NCBI GenBank assembly: GCA_020048155.1
Contig: JAIFMY010000025.1
Coordinates: forward strand, 18,026 to 82,025
DNA from: Bacteroidota bacterium
GTDB lineage: Bacteria; Bacteroidota; Bacteroidia; Bacteroidales; DYOH01
DNA: 64,000 bases
Reading direction: 5' to 3'
This document shows positions 58,725 through 64,000 of the stretch, piece after piece (positions within the stretch are counted from its first letter, which is position 1; every line of letters begins with the position of its first letter). A program made the translations under genes and the position numbers. The notes beneath the pieces were generated by a model, which made no database searches, was not told the DNA's origin, and saw only the letters and a program-made list of their open reading frames with translations.

Positions 58725-61700
58725 ATGCCAAACAACAACATACGAGAAATATTAGCCCACAGGGTACTGGTATTGGATGGTGCAATGGGTACCATGATAC
58801 AGCGTTACAAATTAAAAGAAGAGGATTATAGAGGCCAAGAATTTGCCAACCATACCGTAAATGTAAAAGGCAACAACGATTTGCTATGTCTTACTCAGCC
58901 CCTTATAATAGCTGAAATACACAAGCAATACCTGGATGCAGGTGCCGATATCATAGAAACCAATACTTTCAATGCTACATCAGTATCGCAGGCAGACTAT
59001 CATTTGCAGCATCTGGCATACCGCCTGAATAAAGATGCTGCTGCCATAGCAAAAAAACTTGCAACGGAATACACCCTACAAAACCCGGATAAACCCAGAT
59101 TTGTAGCAGGCGCGCTAGGCCCTACCAACAAAACAGCCTCCATGTCGCCCGATGTAAATAACCCGGGTTTCAGGGCCATCCATTTCGACGAATTGCGCGC
59201 AGCATACGCCGAACAGATAAATGGCCTATTGGATGGTGGCGCAGATATTTTGCTGGTGGAAACCATATTCGATACACTCAACGCCAAAGCGGCGCTTTTT
59301 GCCATAGATGAAATATTGGCCCAACGAAATTTGCCAGATTTTCCGATTATGGTTTCTGGTACCATAACCGACAAAAGCGGTCGCACCCTTTCCGGGCAAA
59401 CCCTGGAAGCTTTCATGCACTCAGTTTCGCATTTCAATCTGCTTAGTATAGGCCTCAATTGTGCATTTGGTGCCACAGACCTTCGTCCATATATAGAAGA
59501 ACTTTCGACAAAAGCACCATTTTATATAAGCGCATACCCCAATGCAGGGCTGCCCAACGAGTTGGGACAATACGACGAGAGTCCAAAAGATATGGCTGTT
59601 CATATTCATGACTATCTCGAAAATAAATTTGTAAATATTGTAGGTGGATGCTGTGGTACCACGCCCGATCATATTCGTGCATTTGGCCAATTGGTAAACT
59701 CCCAGCACGTACACCAAATACCTCATATACATAGCGATACCTGTATTACAGGACTGGAAGCCCTGCATATAACCAAAGAAAATAATTTTATAAATATAGG
59801 TGAAAGAACCAATGTATCGGGCAGCAGGAAATTTGCCCGTCTCATACGTGAAAAAAAATATGAAGAAGCGCTGAGCATAGCCCGCGAGCAAGTAGAAGGC
59901 GGTGCACAGGTAATAGATGTGTGTATGGACGATGCCATGCTCGACGCTGAGCAAGAAATGGTTAGCTTTCTGAATTACCTCATCTCAGACCCTGAAATTG
60001 CCAAGCAACCCATCATGATAGATTCCTCTAAGTGGAATGTGATAGAAGCCGGACTCAAATGCCTGCAAGGCAAAGCCATTGTCAACTCTATCAGTCTGAA
60101 AGAAGGCGAAGAATCATTTGTACGGCAAGCTACCCTACTCAAAAGATACGGTGCTGCCGTGGTGGTAATGGCGTTCGATGAACAAGGGCAAGCTACCCTG
60201 CTCGAGAGAAGAATTGAAATAATAAAACGTGCCTACCATATTCTCACCCAAAAAGTAGGCTTCAAGCCCGAAGATATCATTTTCGACCCAAATATACTTA
60301 CTATAGGAACAGGAATTGAAGAACATGCTACTTATGCCATTGACTTCATAGAAACAGTAAAATGGGTAAAAGAAAATTTGCCTAAAACCAAAGTTAGCGG
60401 TGGCATTAGCAATTTGTCGTTCTCATTCAGAGGAAACGATTATTTGCGCGAAGCCATACATGCATCATTCCTTTATCATGCCATACACGCAGGGCTTGAT
60501 ATGGGTATTGTAAATGCAGGTGGCATGCCGGTTTATACCGATATTCCTGCCGATTTGCTGGAGCTTATTGAAGATCTTATATTCAACCGGAAGCCCGATG
60601 CAACCGAACGACTGCTCGTATATACCGAAAACATGAAGCAAGGCAGCGAGAAAGTTGTAAAAGTGGAAGAATGGCGAAATTTTGGCCCGGAAGATCGCCT
60701 GAGCCATGCCTTGGTGAAAGGAATAACCGAATACCTTGAAACCGACCTGGAAGAAGCTCGAGTCAATTATACCCAGTCATTGGAGCTGATAGAGGGGCCG
60801 CTTATGAAAGGCATGAATATAGTAGGCGACTTATTTGCTGATGGTAAAATGTTTTTGCCACAGGTAGTAAAAAGCGCCCGTGTGATGAAAAAAGCTGTAG
60901 CTTACCTCTTGCCATACATAGAAGCTGAGCGCAAACATGGAACCGAAATGCAAGCAGCCGGAAAAGTATTGCTGGCCACCGTAAAAGGCGATGTGCATGA
61001 TATAGGTAAAAATATTGTAGGGGTTGTGTTGGGTTGCAACAACTACGAAATTATAGACCTTGGGGTGATGGTACCTACCGAAAAAATCCTGGACGAAGCC
61101 CGAAAGCATAATGTTGATATCATTGGATTGAGCGGACTCATCACGCCATCGCTCGACGAAATGGTGCATGTAGCCGCCGAGATGCAGCGCCAGAAGATGA
61201 ATATTCCGCTACTCATTGGTGGAGCTACCACTTCAAAATTGCACACAGCCGTAAAAATAGAACCAAATTACAGAAACGGTGTAATACATGTATCAGACGC
61301 TTCACGCAGTGTGGCTGTGACCAGAAACCTTCTCAACAAAGAAGAAAAATCCAATTATCTCACGCAGGTGAAAACCGACTATGAGAAAATACGCACCATG
61401 TACGCATTGCGCAAGCAAACAAAATTTGTAACACTTGATGAAGCGCGCAAAAAGCGGATACCGATAGACTGGAGCGCACCGCAAACTTATACACCTACTT
61501 TTACAGGTATTAAAGTTTTTGACAATTACCCTATTGCTGAATTGCGCGATTATATTGACTGGACTTTCTTCTTTTTCTCTTGGGACATCACCGGAAAATT
61601 CCCGAAAATATTTGAACACCCTGAAAAAGGCGAGCAAGCCAGACAATTGTACGACGATGCACAAAAAATGCTCGACCAAATGATAGCACAAAAAATGGTA

Positions 61701-62414
61701 ACCGGGCAAGCTGTAATAGCCATACACCCAGCCAATGCTGTAGGCGACGACATTGAGCTATACGAAGATACCGATAGAAAAACGGTAGTTGCAACCTTCC
61801 ACAACCTCAGACAGCAAGAAGAAAAGCAAGCCGATAGCGATTATGATTATTTTCTCTCGCTTGCCGATTTTGTAGCCCCGAAAGAAACAGGTATTACCGA
61901 TTATTTGGGAAGCTTTGTGGTGTCTATAGGAGAAGGAGCAGAAAATTGGGTGAAAAAATTTGAAGCGGATCATGACGATTACTCCGCCATCATGCTCAAA
62001 GTACTTTCAGACAGGCTGGCCGAAGCATTTGCCGAGCGCATGCACGAACGTATGCGAAAGGAATTTTGGGCATATGTACCCGCCGAAAAAATGAGCAACG
62101 AACAACTCATAGCTGTAAACTATCAGGGCATAAGGCCTGCATTTGGCTACCCTGCCTGCCCCGAACATTCCGAAAAGCAAACCCTTTTCAATTTGCTCAA
62201 TGCAACAGAACTGATCGGCACTGTTCTCACCGAGAATTTTGTTATGCAGCCCGCTTCATCGGTTAGTGGTATATATTTCGCTCATCCACAATCCAGATAC
62301 TTCAATATAGGGAAACTTGATAGAGACCAAGTAGCCGACTACGCAGCGAGATTGGGTGTAAGTATTCCGCAAGCAGAAAAATTGCTAAACCCGAATTTAG
62401 GATACAACGCATGA
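58725..62414 (+). CDS. metH: cobalamin-dependent methionine synthase
   Basis: All modules are present: Hcy-binding ([16 protein letters not shown]), pterin-binding, B12-binding ([11 protein letters not shown]) and an AdoMet activation domain. The track start at 58599 adds 42 non-homologous residues. Confidence 0.95.
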   Translation: MPNNNIREILAHRVLVLDGAMGTMIQRYKLKEEDYRGQEFANHTVNVKGNNDLLCLTQPLIIAEIHKQYLDAGADIIETNTFNATSVSQADYHLQHLAYRLNKDAAAIAKKLATEYTLQNPDKPRFVAGALGPTNKTASMSPDVNNPGFRAIHFDELRAAYAEQINGLLDGGADILLVETIFDTLNAKAALFAIDEILAQRNLPDFPIMVSGTITDKSGRTLSGQTLEAFMHSVSHFNLLSIGLNCAFGATDLRPYIEELSTKAPFYISAYPNAGLPNELGQYDESPKDMAVHIHDYLENKFVNIVGGCCGTTPDHIRAFGQLVNSQHVHQIPHIHSDTCITGLEALHITKENNFINIGERTNVSGSRKFARLIREKKYEEALSIAREQVEGGAQVIDVCMDDAMLDAEQEMVSFLNYLISDPEIAKQPIMIDSSKWNVIEAGLKCLQGKAIVNSISLKEGEESFVRQATLLKRYGAAVVVMAFDEQGQATLLERRIEIIKRAYHILTQKVGFKPEDIIFDPNILTIGTGIEEHATYAIDFIETVKWVKENLPKTKVSGGISNLSFSFRGNDYLREAIHASFLYHAIHAGLDMGIVNAGGMPVYTDIPADLLELIEDLIFNRKPDATERLLVYTENMKQGSEKVVKVEEWRNFGPEDRLSHALVKGITEYLETDLEEARVNYTQSLELIEGPLMKGMNIVGDLFADGKMFLPQVVKSARVMKKAVAYLLPYIEAERKHGTEMQAAGKVLLATVKGDVHDIGKNIVGVVLGCNNYEIIDLGVMVPTEKILDEARKHNVDIIGLSGLITPSLDEMVHVAAEMQRQKMNIPLLIGGATTSKLHTAVKIEPNYRNGVIHVSDASRSVAVTRNLLNKEEKSNYLTQVKTDYEKIRTMYALRKQTKFVTLDEARKKRIPIDWSAPQTYTPTFTGIKVFDNYPIAELRDYIDWTFFFFSWDITGKFPKIFEHPEKGEQARQLYDDAQKMLDQMIAQKMVTGQAVIAIHPANAVGDDIELYEDTDRKTVVATFHNLRQQEEKQADSDYDYFLSLADFVAPKETGITDYLGSFVVSIGEGAENWVKKFEADHDDYSAIMLKVLSDRLAEAFAERMHERMRKEFWAYVPAEKMSNEQLIAVNYQGIRPAFGYPACPEHSEKQTLFNLLNATELIGTVLTENFVMQPASSVSGIYFAHPQSRYFNIGKLDRDQVADYAARLGVSIPQAEKLLNPNLGYNA

Positions 62415-62436
62415 GAAAACCAATAATTTTGTAGTG

Positions 62437-63543
62437 ATGAAAAGGCTGAATGAATTGGCTTTACAAAAAATTGCCCTGCTCAATAATATTCCCTTTGCAG
62501 CGTATCGCTTGCCATGGAGAACCGAGGTACACCATGTATTTTCATACTCTATGCCGCGCCCATATTATTCGTTTAAAGACATTGAACATCTTTCCGGATT
62601 TGTAATGCATCCATTTCAAGTATCCGCGGAGTTTCCCATTTATCTGTTTTCCCCAGACAAAGTGATAACCAGCAACAATCTTACACCCGAAATACTGGAA
62701 GAACTCCGAAGTAAGAAATTGCCTTTTCAGCCTGAAAAACCATTGCAAAACGCTACTTTGCAGAAAGAATACTATAAACAATTCAAACTCGCCGGAAATT
62801 TATTTGAGTCTAAAACATTGGAAAAAATTGTACTCTCAAGGGTAATTTATCTCAAAAAGGCTAACGCCAAGATGGCTTCCAATATTTTTCATAAATTATA
62901 TCTTACTTACCCCTCGTCATTTTTGTTTATGGTTAATTTACCTGGCCATGGCATCTGGATTGGAGCTTCGCCCGAAATGCTTCTCAACATGTCAAATGCA
63001 TGGTTTCAAACTGTATCTTTGGCAGGCACCAAGCCTTTTAAAGGGTTAGAAATGCCACAATGGGGAGCCAAAGAAATAAGCGAACAGGCTATTGTTACCA
63101 ACTTCATCAAACACAACTTAGAAGATTCCGGAATCATGAATATTGAGATAGTAGGCCCCGAAACAGTAAGGGCTGCCAACCTCTGGCATTTGCAAACTAT
63201 TTTCAGATTTCCTGCCAACAACGTACATATACATACCACCGACCTCATAAACAGATTACATCCAACACCAGCAGTGAGTGGCTTCCCGAAAGAAGAAGCT
63301 ACCTACGAAATATTGAAAATTGAACAGCACAAACGAGAATACTACACCGGATTTCTAGGCACTTGGAATATGAACCAGCAACATCATTTGTTCGTAAATC
63401 TGCGTTCCATGCGTATAAATGCGCAGGGGGCCAACTTGTTTGTAGGGGGTGGCATTACACCAGATTCTGACATGCATGACGAATGGGAGGAAACAGAAAA
63501 CAAATCAAAAACAATGCTTTCTGTAATAGAACAGAACAATTAA
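62437..63543 (+). CDS. menF: isochorismate synthase
   Basis: Chorismate-binding C-terminal motifs SPEMLL, LHPTPAVSG, REYYTGFLG and FVGGGITPDSDMHDEWEETENK. The track start at 62434 is a GTG one codon upstream. Confidence 0.85.
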   Translation: MKRLNELALQKIALLNNIPFAAYRLPWRTEVHHVFSYSMPRPYYSFKDIEHLSGFVMHPFQVSAEFPIYLFSPDKVITSNNLTPEILEELRSKKLPFQPEKPLQNATLQKEYYKQFKLAGNLFESKTLEKIVLSRVIYLKKANAKMASNIFHKLYLTYPSSFLFMVNLPGHGIWIGASPEMLLNMSNAWFQTVSLAGTKPFKGLEMPQWGAKEISEQAIVTNFIKHNLEDSGIMNIEIVGPETVRAANLWHLQTIFRFPANNVHIHTTDLINRLHPTPAVSGFPKEEATYEILKIEQHKREYYTGFLGTWNMNQQHHLFVNLRSMRINAQGANLFVGGGITPDSDMHDEWEETENKSKTMLSVIEQNN

Positions 63544-63622
63544 AGAGTTCATCTTTTACCACTATTTAATCTTTCCTTTGTCATTATCTGACATTTTATA
63601 CTTATGAAAAACTATTCTAATA

Positions 63623-63863
63623 CAAAAAAGATCCGGATTCTTGTGTGAATCCGGATCAGCCTTTTTTACATCATATATCTGATAATGAATTGGAAACAAA
63701 AAAAGTGTGTAGTGTGAATCTTGAAACTTCAACTGGGGCTCGCCAAAGACACCTGTAAAACACAAGAAAACACAACTACACACCAAACTTGTGTGTGCAT
63801 ATTGTTTTTTTGGCGAAATTTTTGTTGAAGTTTCCTACTTAATACTCAAAGCAGGAAAGATTA
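63623..63863 (-). ncRNA. candidate structured small RNA (strand and ends inferred, not proven)
   Basis: There is a minus-strand -7 box at 63870-63877. Three nested perfect helices (11, 8 and 7 bp) and a crossing 12-bp helix lie between 63705 and 63834. The bidirectional terminator with a U-run in minus sense sits at 63657-63624. The only ORF is the spurious 63562..63786. Confidence 0.3.
63630..63670. terminator. bidirectional Rho-independent terminator
   Basis: GATCCGGATTC 63630-63640 pairs with GAATCCGGATC 63647-63657 (11 bp perfect, 6-nt loop). It has A6 on its left and CTTTTTT on its right. Confidence 0.8.
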
Positions 63864-63869
63864 TCGCTA

Positions 63870-63877
63870 CAAAAATA
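63870..63877 (-). promoter_or_regulatory. candidate -7 box for the minus-strand structured transcript
   Basis: CAAAAATA on plus equals TATTTTTG on minus. Confidence 0.3.
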
Positions 63878-64000
63878 ATAATTTTTCTATAATACCACAT
63901 CCTAATAATAAATTTTTGAAAAAAAATATAATTTCCTCTGCTTAACACTATATGACAGTATTAAAATGCTGTATATCTTTAACGGGGAAATTGTTTAACA

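Noticed and set aside
63562-63786. A 74-aa minus-strand ORF.
   Set aside because: It reads straight through the perfect terminator hairpin and the CA/GT-rich helices and has no motif. It is most likely non-coding.
63723-63834. An integron attC-like site (R-box/L-box pairs with unequal spacers of 6 and 7 nt; CTTCAAC ... GTTGAAG resemble RYYYAAC/GTTRRRY).
   Set aside because: The R boxes match only 6 of 7 positions. There is a single site, with no integrase or cassette array in view, and integrons are rare in this phylum. I keep it only as a remote alternative, testable with the IntegronFinder attC model.

Overview
This is a 64-kb AT-rich chromosomal segment that looks like Bacteroidota. Supporting signs are the T9SS translocon gene sprA, RRM-type RNA-binding proteins, exact TAnnTTTG -7 promoter boxes and Y_Y_Y propeller sensors. 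All domain calls come from reading motifs in the supplied translations, not from database searches. I support about 45 protein genes. They are: coaX (partial, missing from the ORF track); a NarL-type two-component operon plus two stand-alone receivers; mfd; a hotdog thioesterase; a REC-REC-PPDK_N ATP-grasp protein; a ttcA-like gene; aroB; proline dehydrogenase; a five-gene envelope cluster with an exported YidD-like protein; two PP2C/SpoIIE sensor phosphatases; a PpiD-like PPIase; two orphan histidine kinases; a HemG-like flavodoxin; a small OM beta-barrel; a disrupted tlyA; ruvA; sprA (2487 aa); a GNAT; a PaiB-like protein; and an envelope-glycan-like cluster. The menaquinone pathway is split into menD-menB (minus) and menA-menC-menE-metH-menF (plus). 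Two tandem RRM genes, a sensor kinase and a FadL-family porin lie between the two halves. I saw no rRNA, tRNA, CRISPR array, transposase, integrase, phage or recognisable defence genes, so most of the window looks core-like. I cannot name a clear-cut novel system. The best leads are: (1) a densely nested, possibly pseudoknotted inverted-repeat element or candidate sRNA at 63.6-63.9 kb; (2) the uncharacterised five-gene envelope cluster at 15.8-19.1 kb; (3) tandem RRM paralogs that each carry a duplicated promoter and ~120-nt leader; (4) an ORF-free 484-nt region with a long-range imperfect inverted repeat at 3.9-4.2 kb; (5) a receiver-fused PPDK_N enzyme without a swivel-His motif; and (6) a tlyA gene inactivated by an internal deletion.
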